A stretch of 62,557 nucleotides of DNA, the filler included, from Choristocarpus tenellus KU-1152 (taxonomy: Eukaryota; Protista; Phaeophyceae), in the NCBI GenBank assembly GCA_964200185.2. It is 12 parts of 12 records of this genome, joined end to end, with 100 filler letters (N's around TTAATTAATTAA, not from the genome) between each part and the next. Parts side by side here need not be neighbours in the genome. Positions count along the whole stretch, not along the records: positions 1 to 7,864 come from CAXNAD020005477.1; positions 7,965 to 11,874 come from CAXNAD020017207.1; positions 11,975 to 19,553 come from CAXNAD020005936.1; 9 more parts are not named here. The stretch is one strand, 5' to 3'. The position numbers were made by a program, and so were the translations under genes. Each line of letters opens with the position of its first letter. Position 1 is the first letter of the stretch. Below, piece after piece: positions 1 to 12,103 of the stretch. A model generated the notes under the pieces. The model saw nothing but the letters and a program-made list of their open reading frames with translations. It did not search any database and had not been told where the DNA came from.

Positions 1-44
1 CCCCCCCAGATACTCTGACCCATAGGTACACTGACCGTACATAT

Positions 45-104
45 ACATACATACATACATACATACATACATACATACATACATACATACATACATACAT
101 ACAT
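45..104. repeat. (ACAT)n microsatellite
   Basis: About 15 tandem ACAT units. Confidence 0.95.
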
Positions 105-112
105 GCATTCAT

Positions 113-368
113 GAGTGAAAGTATCTTAGAGGGTACGAGTTTTGCCCTGTTTGTCCATTTGGGGCTTGGCGTCCTTAGGGTTTTTATGACATTTTCGTAG
201 TCCAAAATATTTCGGAGTAGGTAAAATGTTAATGTTATGAAAGGTGTGTTTGGAACAAGCATGTTGACACTTCCTAACAAACACGATAGCCAAACTTACA
301 TTGAAATCGCAACACTGGATTTTGGCCCCCAAATGGACGTGGCTCTACCCTCTAAGATACTTTGGCTC
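113..368. mobile_element. MITE, 256 bp, 23-bp TIRs, 4-bp TSD TCAT (Sola2-like termini)
   Basis: TIRs GAGTGAAAGTATCTTAGAGGGTA and TACCCTCTAAGATACTTTGGCTC match at 21/23. TCAT lies at 109-112 and 369-372. A second copy is at 6602-6859. Confidence 0.88.
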
Positions 369-1851
369 TCATGCATATATAGTACACACTAAACTTCATG
401 CATGCACAAGAACTATAATATCATCGATGGGATATTGGTGTTAAAATAAACTGCTACTGTTGCTACTCAATTCACATCACAGCAAGCACCAACAGCGACA
501 CTTTATATACCTCATCATTTACCTAGAAATACCCTCATCTGTTGCCAGGACCACCCAAGTAACAACACCATGAGCTGCAATTCACCTTAATGATGCCCCT
601 TTGCCTTTTCTCCCCAAACTACTGCAAAGTGTATCATGGGAATTATCTGTCTGTTGTTGTTGTTGTGATGGCGGTGGTGGTGGTTGAGTATTATGTAGCT
701 GATTTTTACGTTGTTATCACTTCCATCGTTGTATGTTGGAACATATCCAGTTGTTTTTAGCACAATGCGATGCTACTTACGCCGATTACTACTACAAGTG
801 ACGACACAGACCACGTGCAGGAAGAGGCTAGGCAATGCTACACACTCGCTATGCAAATATGACCACAACACTGGAAGGTGAGTACATTTTTCTCTCCAAG
901 GTCCTAAAATTGCAACACAAGGATGACATATGCCAGATTGAGCCTTATTTGGCCGGACTCCTCACCAACAACCTCCTCTACTTACAGAAAATGCTGAGTT
1001 GTTCTGACCCAGATAGTTCAATGCCCTACAAAATTCTGAGACTTGAAAATCTGAGCCCGCAATCCAAAAGAGTCAAAGATTTGATTATTTGTGTTGTAGA
1101 GCGGGTGGGTGTAGGTCCAGAGATACCAAGAAATAAATAGTTACAATTCCTTTCGGAACATATTATACTTCCAAGTAAGGTAATCGTATCACCTTTCAAA
1201 GGTAGCAATGCAAAGATGTTAAATGCATATGGAAGCATGTATGCATGAATTATGAAAGTTGCCTTAAGGAACAGAGAAATCCCACGCAAGATACTCTTGA
1301 ACACCCCGCCCCCAAGGTGTGGAAATCCTGTTTTTTGTTCTTTTCTGATATTTTGAAGCGCAGAAAAGCCTACTTCTCGCGCGTCTGGAGGTATACACGC
1401 GACGCACGACGAAAACTCTACACAGCATACACTACCCAGATTTGAAGGGTGACATCGCGTATTTTACATGTGCACCCTCCTCTCCACTCCAGATGTTTCT
1501 TCATTATTCCAAGAAACAATTATACGGAGTATACACAGTGTATGATTTCTGTCTAACACACATACTTCGAAGAGCTACCTACCTGGTCCACCTACTAGAT
1601 ATAGAAACCGCGCGCGCACACACAGTTTCCTTTGGTACTAGGGAAAATTAGTCCTTCATTGACTATGTTAGCACTATCCTAAATATCTCCTGGTGATGAT
1701 GACTGTTGCTCCTGTATCAAAACAAGGGTAGGTGCTGTCTTGCTCAGGGCCCTTGGATACACTCTTCGGTCTACAAGAGAAAACAAGAGTCAGGTCTTTC
1801 TGTCTGCATTTATCTATTCATCGAACCAGGCAATTAGCGTGCTTGCCAGGT

Positions 1852-1923
1852 CACCCAACCACCCAACCACCCAACCACCCAACCACCCAACCACCCAACC
1901 ACCCAACCACCCAACCACCCAAC
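1852..1923. repeat. (CACCCAAC)9 tandem repeat
   Basis: Nine perfect 8-bp units; explains the HPTTQPPN pseudo-ORFs. Confidence 0.95.
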
Positions 1924-2699
1924 TAATTTGCTAGACCAGGTCTTTCCAGTCCTCAGCAACCAGTATCGAAGAAGCGGTCCACCCCACTGTCACAAAATCC
2001 GAAATGATATGATGGTGCTGTACTTGTACCTACCTCCCTAGACTGTAATGGTACATACCGTTGTATCTAGTCATGTCTCAAATTTGTTTTGGAGTGATTT
2101 GATATTTGATATGATACTGGCAAAATGTTTTTGTTGATACGATACGAATATATTATAAATGAGTAGATTTTTCAGTCCTTTAAATTTGTTGATATTCAAC
2201 AGATTTCTGTTGGAGACGAACTATAACACGCAAGAAAGTCTGGTCGCAGTGAACAAGTAGCTTGAAGATTCTTTCGTACAGGTGTACCTGACAAAAATTG
2301 AGAACAAGTAGGATACAAAAGTCAAACGGTCATACATTAATTAAATTGTACATGTCACAAATAGGTTTTGACTCGGTGGTGGTGCTCATATAGACGATGT
2401 ATGCTTGAGAAGATCGAAGAATCAGTCATCATGTAACACTTTTGAGGGGCAATATTTTTACAGTATAGTTCTGATTGACATCATGGCAGATGAGGGTCCT
2501 GTGAGCTCGCAGGACAATGCACTTGACACCACAAGTGAAAACGACAACACCAAGAGAATATAATGATATGGAAGAAGATGACGCAGTGGACAACAAGGAA
2601 GTTGATGGCAAGTTGTGGTATTGGCCGTGAAATTTGCCCCCAACACACAAGGAAGGCCACGAGTTTGGAATTTATTTTCTATGTGTCGCCAGGTATTTC

Positions 2700-3190
2700 A
2701 AGTTGGAGACTAAAATGTCTTGTGGAGAAATGCAGCCTCGAGAGGGGAGAGGCCTCTGATGATGATGATGAGAGCAACCAGCAGTTCAAGATGATTGAGA
2801 TGCTCAAGAAGGGTACCAAGACGTAACATGCAGTCATGGGTTGATGGGGTGCCCTCCTTTGGAGATCGAGGTGAGGGAAGTACCCACAAGAGAGACATGG
2901 TTGGAGATCACCTACGAGGATAAACTGCAATATCAGCTGGAATTATACTGTGGTACGCAACCAGTGGATGCGGATTTGGTAGAGGAGGTTGGTGGTCCCC
3001 TCAAATGGTGGAGGCGAAGGAGGTGTCTGGAGGGTTGAGCATGTTGTGGCACGTGAAGTATTTGCTTGCACAGGTCACTTCACCCGCATCTGAATATTCG
3101 TACTCCTCTGCTGGTAATCCATTCACCGGCAAGCGCAGCAGTCTCTACGGGGAAGTAGTTGGCGACACTGTGATGCCAGTTGTATGAACC
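2700..3190 (+). pseudogene. hAT transposase C-terminal dimerisation-domain remnant
   Basis: ELYC...PLKWW then, after a frameshift, LSMLWHVKYLLAQVTSPASEYSYSSAGNPFTGKRSSL, matching the hAT pattern WW..LA.KYL..PATS..SER.FS.AG...T.KRSSL. Confidence 0.75.
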
Positions 3191-5060
3191 CTTCGTGACG
3201 AAAAAGAAAAAGGTTTGGTGTAGATGGATATCTACACAAAGAATTGTTGAACGGAGTTTGATAATTATAATATGACCTTGACTGAACAAAATGTGAAGAA
3301 AAATGCTTAGAGACAGACACACAGGCCAAAATGTCCTGAGGAGCAAGTGGTGTGAATAGTATCAGTCTATGACGCTTGCCACTCCATATAGTGGCGTCAA
3401 AACCATGATCATTCCGGAATGAACAGGAATCAAATCCACATGGCCGTCAAGTACCCTCGGGGTTATTGAGGTATGGCTTGGTCGAATGACCCTCAGGAGT
3501 CGAAGCCTGATAACAAGGGTACTGGTGCGTACCACATTGTGGGGTGCCACCCTCTTCGTTTACATGTTAACTGAGCGTAAAGGGGGTTTCAGCGCGATGA
3601 GGTAGACGACAGGGCCGGGATTTGGAACAACCAACATAACAAGTTTTTCCAGGTGGTATCGTCAAGGATCGACCTGGAGAACGGACGAAAGTGGATTCTT
3701 CTGCTTGGGGACAATCCACCTCTGTCGAAGATTTTAGTTCGTTCGTTGGAGCTGGACGAAGTTTGAGCGAGGAACCTGCTCAGGACAATGTGTTTGAGTG
3801 ACAGCACGTGCGTAAGTGGTGGGGACAGGGGCATGCCCAGACAGGTTATTGGCCTTGTGATATTTGGTACGGTTATGTCTGACTAAACGTACAGGCAGTT
3901 TTTCTTGAATTTACTGAAGAGGAATATTGGGAAGCAATCCATTTTCCATTATTGTAATTTTGAGTTGCTTAACGAGACTCGAGTATGATACATTTGTTGT
4001 GTAAACAATGTCCAAAGGGGTTTGGTACAACAAACGTTTTCAAGAAGAAGACGATTCACGGCTGTTGATTGTACAGCATCGAGTGTATTGATCGACTGAC
4101 TCATTCTCCTCCTGTTTCAGGTACGTGGGCCTACGGGCTGACACACTCACACCATGTGCACGGGTGAATGCATTGATCGGTGCTTTCTGCGCATCTCGCT
4201 ATGTGGTAGAAGGGGTAATGGGGAAAAAAAGAATCAAGGGAGGATTGCGAACTGGCAAGGTCGTTTACCGATCTTCACTATACCATACCACCCAAAGATT
4301 GAAAGTAGGTTTTGGTGGGACACCGTAGAATTTTTTTTTGTCAAAATGTTACACAACAATGGTTTGAGGGGATGTTGGTGGACATTGACATTAATGCAGG
4401 GATATAGCGACATCCCATTTGGAAACAGTAGGGGTAAATCCTCATCTCCAGAACCATAATTGTACGACAAATGGAATATCTGAAGTTGAATACTGAAAAT
4501 GAGCCTCTTCTGGTGTACATGGTGGAGAAACATCCCTAGAGCAACTAGTATCTGCTGTTCTCAGGTGAATTGGGTTAACAAGTTGGTGACTTGAGGAGGT
4601 CCTACAGTCATGGGGATGGCACAGGGTTTTTGTGTGTATTCGTTGAGATGGCGTGTGGTATAACCAGGCATAGCATCGGCAATTGCTCCTGTGACGCTGC
4701 CTCCTCTTGACCTGTAGAACTTGGCGAAGTAGGTGAGGTGGCCTGGAATAGGACCTGACGAATGTCACGACTACCTGGGGTAACACAGTGCTCAAGGGAC
4801 GTGGTGGAAGTGCCTAGTTTGTCCCTACGATCCACTTGAAAGGATAGGAAAGAACATTGTGCAAAATCCGTGGGGTCAGGATCTGTGCATGTCGAGGACA
4901 CAAACTTGACAAACTTGACAAACTCGACTGCGCCTTGTCATTGGTGGGTGGTTTCATCGTTTGGATGTCTCAGTTGTCACCAATCTTACATTTATCACCG
5001 CCTTCATGTTCAATGACAGTCATCTGGTTTTGATATTGTTTTTTTTCGTGAGAGGAAGAA

Positions 5061-5271
5061 GTAAAGTTGGGCAAGGACAAGAGTGGATAGTGGACAATGG
5101 AAAAGTGAAGACTGATGAGGATAGGGCGTGACTTCAAGGGGAATATTTCGATCCTTGGTATCTCTGAATCAAGAAAGTCCACCTGTGGGACTGGTCTCTT
5201 GAAGAGATATTATAGACTCTATCTCACTGAAGATCCTCCACTGGAATCCAGGATTCCTGACAAGGAACCTC
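5061..5271 (+). repeat. Interspersed repeat, homologous to 59544-59759 (inverted)
   Basis: Shared blocks ACTGATGAG, CTTGGTAT.TCTGAA..AAGA.AGTCCACCT, CTCTTGAAG and AGATCCTC.ACT.GAATCCA.GATT.CTGACAAGG.ACCTC. Confidence 0.75.
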
Positions 5272-6601
5272 GAACGATATGGCAACAAACAACCGTGCTC
5301 TCTTCATACAACTCTTTCTTGTTCATGTATCCGAAGGACTTCCCTGTGCATAATATAGACCTGTTGCAGTTGTGCTTATTATAATCTTTAACCTACTTAC
5401 ATGTTGCTTCTTGTTCTTTTCATGACTACATCCAAAATGTTGGTGGGCATAGCAACATGATCGATGGGAGCATGTATGGATGACTATCATTGGTGGGGTG
5501 GTGGGTGATCCAGCCTGGGCAAGGTCACATGGTAGGGTTAGCAAGAACCAGTCACAGTGGCTACATTCTTTTTTGGGAGAAGGCTGACCAACCCGCAACC
5601 CACTACGTAAGAGTAGTCCCTGGAGACAGGCCAGTTCATCCTCTCTCATCCTACTTGTTGTGGCAGATAGTTGCATGTGTTGGGGGAAACGATGGTTGGA
5701 GGCTAGTAAGTAGAATTTGGTAAGTATTAAAACCCAATTCCTAAATAGTGCAGCATACAACTTGAACTATTTTCAGATGCAAATTCCGACCCAGAAGTGA
5801 AGCATTTTTGCTGAGAATGGAAACATCTCCTCACGAGTGCCCTCACAGTCACCATGTTGTCCCCAATAAGAAACCTGAGGCCCAACAATACTTGTGAGTG
5901 TTCGAAGGGGAACCGTTATGTGTTTGTGGTGCATACTGTGATAGAAATTCCGCCTGGGGACTCTTGTTTGCCGCATGGTGCGTCATTCTCCCTTCGACTA
6001 ACTTTGGGGTGCCAAAAAATTGTCTCTCAAAGATTTGGGGCAAAACAAAAAAACAGCGTTGAAGGCAGTACACTAGACTGCAGCACTGGGCGAAGGTCTG
6101 GGCGCCTGCGAGAGCTCACTTGGGAGTGACGTGGCACACTTGTTACATCAATCAAACCCATGCTTACCCTGCGCCGTTGGTATCATGGAGTGGATTTTGT
6201 GGTTGATTCGTTTGCTCATTGATTGAAGAGATTCCTTAACACAAAAACTTGTTCTATGTGAACGAAGTCTGGTTCTACCTCATGCAAGATGGGGAAAAGG
6301 TGCACGATTTCCCCCATGAAGGTATTAAAGGGTCTACCAGAGGCAATCACAAGATCCATAATATCCTCAAGGTGATGTTCATTTTGGCAAATGTACGCAT
6401 AGATCCTTCCCATGACTTTAACGGCAAGCTGGAATTTGACATATTTGCATGACGAAGAGGGGTATCCGGATGTCCAAGAGGAGGAAGGCGGGTAAGAAAT
6501 GCATCCCCTTCGATGTGTGACTGTTGACCATGGCTGGTACCAGAAGTGGTACCAGAAACGGTACATCAAGTGTCTGTTGCTCGCAATCTTAGAACAATTG
6601 C

Positions 6602-6859
6602 GAGTCAAAGTATCTTAGAGGGTAGAGCCGCATCCATTTGGGGGCCAAAACCCAATGTTGAAATTTTGATGTAATTTTGGCTATTGTGGTTGTTAGAAAG
6701 TGTCAATATCCTTGTTCCGGACACACCTTTCATAGCGTACACATTCTACCTTCTCCGAAATATTTTGGAGTAGGAAATGTCATTTAAAAAAAATGAGGGA
6801 AGCCAAGCCCCAAATGGACAAACAGGGCAAAACTAGTACCTTCCAAGATACTTTCACTC
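6602..6859. mobile_element. MITE, inverted copy of 113-368
   Basis: Its reverse complement aligns along the whole length of 113-368 with the same TIRs. Flanks TTGC/TGGC give a 3/4 TSD match. Confidence 0.85.
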
Positions 6860-7656
6860 TGGCCTCGTATTGTGGCTAGCGTGTGGTATTCGAGCAGGAT
6901 GGCACAACCCTTCACACTTGCTGCTGTACTGAGGAAGTCTTCTGTAACTCTGAGAAGGTAATAGTTGGCAGTGTGGTCCATGTGATGCAGTGAGTGCAGT
7001 CACCAGACCTCAACATCAACAACTTGGGCTTCTTTTGGTCACTTAAGAGTAGGTTTCGGGCCATCTTCTGGCATGGTTAGAGGACCTTTTCAGGGCGTTT
7101 TCGACCTCCAATCAGTATATGATGCTGTGGTACTCGAGAGGGTGGGTAGAGCCTTTTCTTGGAGTAGAAGCTGGCCCTAAAGGTTCCGGGGGGCAACTAT
7201 GCCTAGGTGTCACACGTGGGCAATGTGGCACAGGAGTGTTGCAGATCCTTAGAAAATAGGGTGGATATAGGCAAGGAGGCATTCTTGACTGCTTTAAGGT
7301 GGCAAATGGACATCGACTCACCAATGGTATTTGATTCCAAACCATAATACCAACCCTTTAACTTCAATATATATATGTATACTAGAGCCGAGACGCATTA
7401 TTTTAAACATAAACCATGTCAATTATTTTTTGAGTTGTACCACTTCTTTCATCAGAGATCACATTCTTTTATTGCAATTGTGGAAGTGTCAAAGGTGCCA
7501 AGTTCTCTGCTCAAGGGGGCAATCACGATCACCGGACTGAAACTCCTTCACCTCAGAGGGTGAGACCGAGTTTCAAAGGCCTTGGCTCAACATCTCAGAA
7601 CAGACGAGGAAATCCAGTACAGACCAAAAACCTTAAAACACAACAGACGTTCCCGA

Positions 7657-7864
7657 TGTTGAACTATCCCACACTGGACCCGCGGCTTTTATGGTGCTTT
7701 AATGAAGGACAAAGAACAGCTTGATGTAGATGAACAATGTTAGTATTACAAGGGACTAGTGGTCTTTGTGGTCTCAATTCCGCTGACTGAGAAGGTGGGT
7801 AAGACCAGTGCAGCCTACCACGTGGGATTTGCAACGTCCACATGGATAATCAGAAAATAATCAT
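7657..7864 (-). mobile_element. LTR copy of the 21415-21790 family, truncated by contig end
   Basis: TGTTGAACTATCCCACACTGGACCCGCGGC...GGTGCTTTAATGAAGGACAAA..ACAGCTTGATGTAGATGA matches 21415 onward. Confidence 0.8.
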
Positions 7865-7964
7865 NNNNNNNNNNNNNNNNNNNNNNNNNNNNNNNNNNNN
7901 NNNNNNNNTTAATTAATTAANNNNNNNNNNNNNNNNNNNNNNNNNNNNNNNNNNNNNNNNNNNN
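7865..7964. other. Artificial contig linker N44-TTAATTAATTAA-N44 (first of 11; others start at 11875, 19554, 22704, 26432, 29240, 36928, 40758, 44956, 53500, 56156)
   Basis: The same 100-nt spacer, with stops in all six frames, occurs 11 times. Confidence 0.98.
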
Positions 7965-8009
7965 CGATTGTGCGACGCTATTGATGTTGGTTTTCGTTCG
8001 CCGTCGTGC

Positions 8010-8183
8010 GGGGGGGGGGGGGGGGGTACTGGGTCTACACCAGGGTCTCCATTTGGGTCAAAACCAGGAAAAGTGCACTTTCATTATCCATCCGACATAT
8101 GCAACCAAATCTCCCAAAAATCCCGACATGAAAAAATTGACCCCAAATGGACAGTCACCAACTCCCACCATATACTCTGAGCC
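8010..8183. mobile_element. G-tract MITE family copy
   Basis: Poly-G..GTCTACACCAGGG..CCATTTG..CATTATCCATCCGAC..CAAATGGACAG..ATACTCTGAGCC, shared with 43745, 45110 and 46002. Confidence 0.75.
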
Positions 8184-11100
8184 AATAATTCTGTCAAACC
8201 TTCAAAAGCTACAATAGCTAAGATCTCTTCACTGATATCATTTCTCTTTCTGTCATTACACTTGGTACCCCCTCATTGGCATACTCTGCTTTTGTGCCAT
8301 TTCAGAAGTCAACCTCAAAGTAAGAGAGATGTACCCAGAGTTGAATTTTTAGGATCCAGGAAATACGTGCAAATTGTTTTTTTTCCAATTTTGTATAGGA
8401 TATTCTGTGAATTGTGTCGAAAATTCTCGGAAAATAGAGAAATTGATATTCTCAAGTCAAACTTAGCACTCCATTCATGAAGTGTTGGTGAATTGCACAA
8501 AATTGAAGACCCATAGTGTCTTGGAGGCGTCCATTCAGGGCACTTTTAACTTGTATCGATTTTCATGTCACCTGTGTGGACGTGTCAAATGTAAGGACAA
8601 CTTTCTTCATCTAAATGCACCTTCCTCTTCCTTCCCCCTTCCTGAACCAAGTCCAAAGGACAATCGGCTGCAAAATGGGCATCAAACTGGGGTATCATAC
8701 AAAACTCTATCAAGTCCCGAATGGACAACATGCCCTAAACACACACCCTGCCTTTGAGATACTATGGATCTAAAAAAACTTACTAATAATGCAAAACGGA
8801 CAATAACTGGGAACCTCTCGTTTACTTTTTTTAATCTGGCTCACTGCACTCCTATGACAATAACACATTCATTTGGATTACCTCTTCAAAAAAATGTATT
8901 CCAGCGCCCCAAAACAACAATTACCTCCACACACAACCCCAAACCCTGCACTTTAAGGCAGTGGAGAAGGGGGTGTTGTACAGAAGGCAGTACTTAGTCG
9001 AAGAAAATTCCATTTGTCGGATTGAGCCGTAGGATGCATTCATCTCACACTCCCAATTTCATCAATACATTTCGAAGCAACTGATAACAAACTCTCCTTT
9101 CAGACAACCTTGAGACCGAGTACAAGCTAGAGTACAACCAGAGCAGGCTCCGGCACTTTAAGGTAAGCTTCACCATATTTTTGAATAATAGAGCAACCAT
9201 TCCCATTCTCCACTTCGCATCTCCCCCCCCTACGGAGTTCCTTTTTTGTAGGCGTACAGCCTCTACTATATGAGTCCCCTCCCTTCACAGGGTCACCAAT
9301 ACTAATTCGATGATGTCCCCACCCCTTCATTTCGATCCAATACATATTCCCCTTCTGCCGTCTCTTTCCCACTCCACCAGCCTTGCAAGCCTCACACACT
9401 TTCTTGCACCCTGGAATACTCAAACCAGCTGAAAATGACTAGACAGCCCAATATACACATGTTTTCATCAGTATCACCATTGTCATCATATTTCTATTAT
9501 TTCTAGTGCTGTTATTCAAATGTTAATGTTTTCTATAATTATAAATACTCACATTAGTGTGAGGGATCCCAGACCTGTGGTAAAATAGGTAGTCAAAAGA
9601 AGGCAATACACACTACTTGAGAGATGCAGACGTTACAGAAGAAAGCAAGGAAGGTCACAAAAAATGAAGAAAGAAAAGTGAAGAGAAAGATGATAACCAA
9701 GGAAGCCAGTGTATCTATGAGGGAAGCAAAGAGAACGTAGGAGTAGTGCAGTAACACCCCAAAACCTTGAGTCACACCAGATCTATCCAACCTGAAAAAA
9801 CTCAGATCTCATATCACACAAAAGGGAGGAAGAAAGAAGGGAAAAGGGGACACAAAGAACAACCGACCAAAGAAAGTAGAAATGTAATGAGAAACAGTAT
9901 TTAGCAGATAGTGGCAGTCATAGTGAATGTGCATGTGCCTTGGTCTGCTTGATCTGTCGCAGCTGCTCCTTTAGAATCATGTACATTGGCTACCACAGCT
10001 TCCTTGGAATGCAGCTCTATCATAAAGCTGATTGTGCCTCAACCAACCACTCATATCACCTGTGTTGACTGGTTAATTGTGTGCCCCATCCCTCAGCCAT
10101 GATCCCCAAACATCAACCCCTTGGGAAGTCGTTCATTCCCCATTCATCCAACTAATCGTGCAAATAGGAGTCTCGGTTATTGTATAGTTGCCTTGTTTCT
10201 CTCTCATCCAGTATTCACAAGGGTATCTTTGTAGGACTAGGTACAATATATGTGTTCCCATTTGTGAAATGTGTTTTTGAAATCTTATTCAGTGTAGGAG
10301 GAATTTGTGGTGATGGGGGTGAAGCATTATATTATCTCATGAGGGACTCTATCCATTTCTACATGTTGTACTTCGTACTTGATGTTGTACAGGGCAGTTG
10401 TGGGTTCTACAATTATAGCAATCTATGGCAATGACAACAAGGCCGCTGTTCATCTCCATATACCTACGCCCCCTCTCTCCTACCTAAGGAATGTGATCTG
10501 AGATGCTACCCATGCCTCCTGAACTTTCCTTCTCCTCCACCTTTTCCTCAAATACCCAGGTGTTCATAGTTATGGTTATGACTTTTGTGTTGACGCCACT
10601 CAATGTGGAGTTCCTGAGACATTCTTTCTCAGTCACCACAAAATGGGTAACACAGAGTATCGGGTGGTTGTGGTGGTGCGTATTTGCTGCCCTCGCAGTG
10701 GCGCTTGGAAGTGCCAAGCCAACAGTGTTCCTGGTCTACATGCAGGTAGAGTAACAGCAGCTAGCTTCAAAGACAGCTGCATGAGTATAGCTTGGTGGGG
10801 TAGGACGTGGTTGGGTGTGCGCAGTAGTTGGGGTGAGAGTATCCAAGGGTGGTGTGGGATAGTGGAAGAGTGGGAACCAAGGGTGGGCAGCATGGCCAGG
10901 GCTCGGGTGGGACCAGGTGGGACAAATGCTATATGTGACAGCCCGGATTTGGTTGGAGATGGAGCCAGACAAGACAATGACTAAAATTAAAGCAATGTGC
11001 TGGGAGGTAGAAGCAATGTGTTGGGAGCATAGGTGGAGGCAGCAGTGGAGACTACAGTTGGAGGTGGTTTCATTTCAAGAGGGGTGATGAAGACTGGGCG

Positions 11101-11812
11101 TAAGAGGATGATCACTAATGTTTTGCATTAAACTGCACTCCACATTCTACTCTGTTTGTGCTGCCTTCCTTGAAAGCATATGGGTGTAAGAAAGTATGGT
11201 GCACCTAGCGTTTATTGAACCAACTTCCCACTGGTACTGTCCTGTTCAGTGCAGTATCCCTCCCTTACACCTTTAATTTTTATGTCACAATGGCCAGCCA
11301 TGCATTATAAAATTACTATTTACGCCTACTCTCCACCTCTTATCGCTTGGCTTACTATCCCCTGGCTAATGCCCCCTATTGCTGTTTGACCTTGCCTATC
11401 TTTGTGTACTGACCGACAGCCAGCTGAATTCCTAGTGGCCCTGACCATTGCCATTTTCCCAAACATTCTGGTGGTGCTCGTGACTGATTATCACCTGATG
11501 GACTTGAACATCATCACCTCAATTGCTGTGTCTCTCCTCATGGCAAGTGGCAAGTAGGAGAAGATACGGAGTCAAAACTCTTCGCTCATATAAGCAGTAG
11601 AAGGTGAAGGATAAACTTTAGTAAGATATCCTGGCTGATTACACTCACTCACCTTGAGGCATGGATGATATTGCTGCATCCTTCATTGTGTGAGGAAAGG
11701 AGAGTCCATGCTCATTTGTTGAGGCTTAATTTATCAAAATGATCTTTAAATTACTATTAGCATACAACTATGCAACTTGGGGATCGAATTCAAACAAGCT
11801 GCATGTACATTT

Positions 11813-11874
11813 GACCCAAAGTATCTGGGGGGGGGGGGGGGGGGGGTCTACCCCAGGGGGTCATTTGGAGCAAA
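11813..11874. mobile_element. G-tract MITE left end, truncated by contig end
   Basis: GACCCAAAGTATCTG(n)TCTACCCCAGGGGGTCATTTGG matches the family left end. Confidence 0.7.
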
Positions 11875-12103
11875 NNNNNNNNNNNNNNNNNNNNNNNNNN
11901 NNNNNNNNNNNNNNNNNNTTAATTAATTAANNNNNNNNNNNNNNNNNNNNNNNNNNNNNNNNNNNNNNNNNNNNTTTATGTTTTTGTTTAAATGGGGTTT
12001 TTTTTTTTGGGGGTTTTTTGGGTTTTTTTTTTTGTTTTTGTTTTCCGTCTTCCTCCCCCCCCCCCCCCCCCTCCTCACTCTTTTCCATCTCCTGGTGATC
12101 CAG

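Noticed and set aside
1732-1934. ORFs with HPTTQPPN repeats
   Set aside because: Translation of an 8-bp tandem repeat.
7657-7864. This LTR as the missing 3' LTR of the 19654-21790 element
   Set aside because: The flanks (CCCGA vs TGTTA) do not form a TSD and the two LTR copies are diverged.
8500-11700. LINE-like remnant on the minus strand
   Set aside because: Only vague hints (LRLNP-like and CxxC fragments); too decayed to support.
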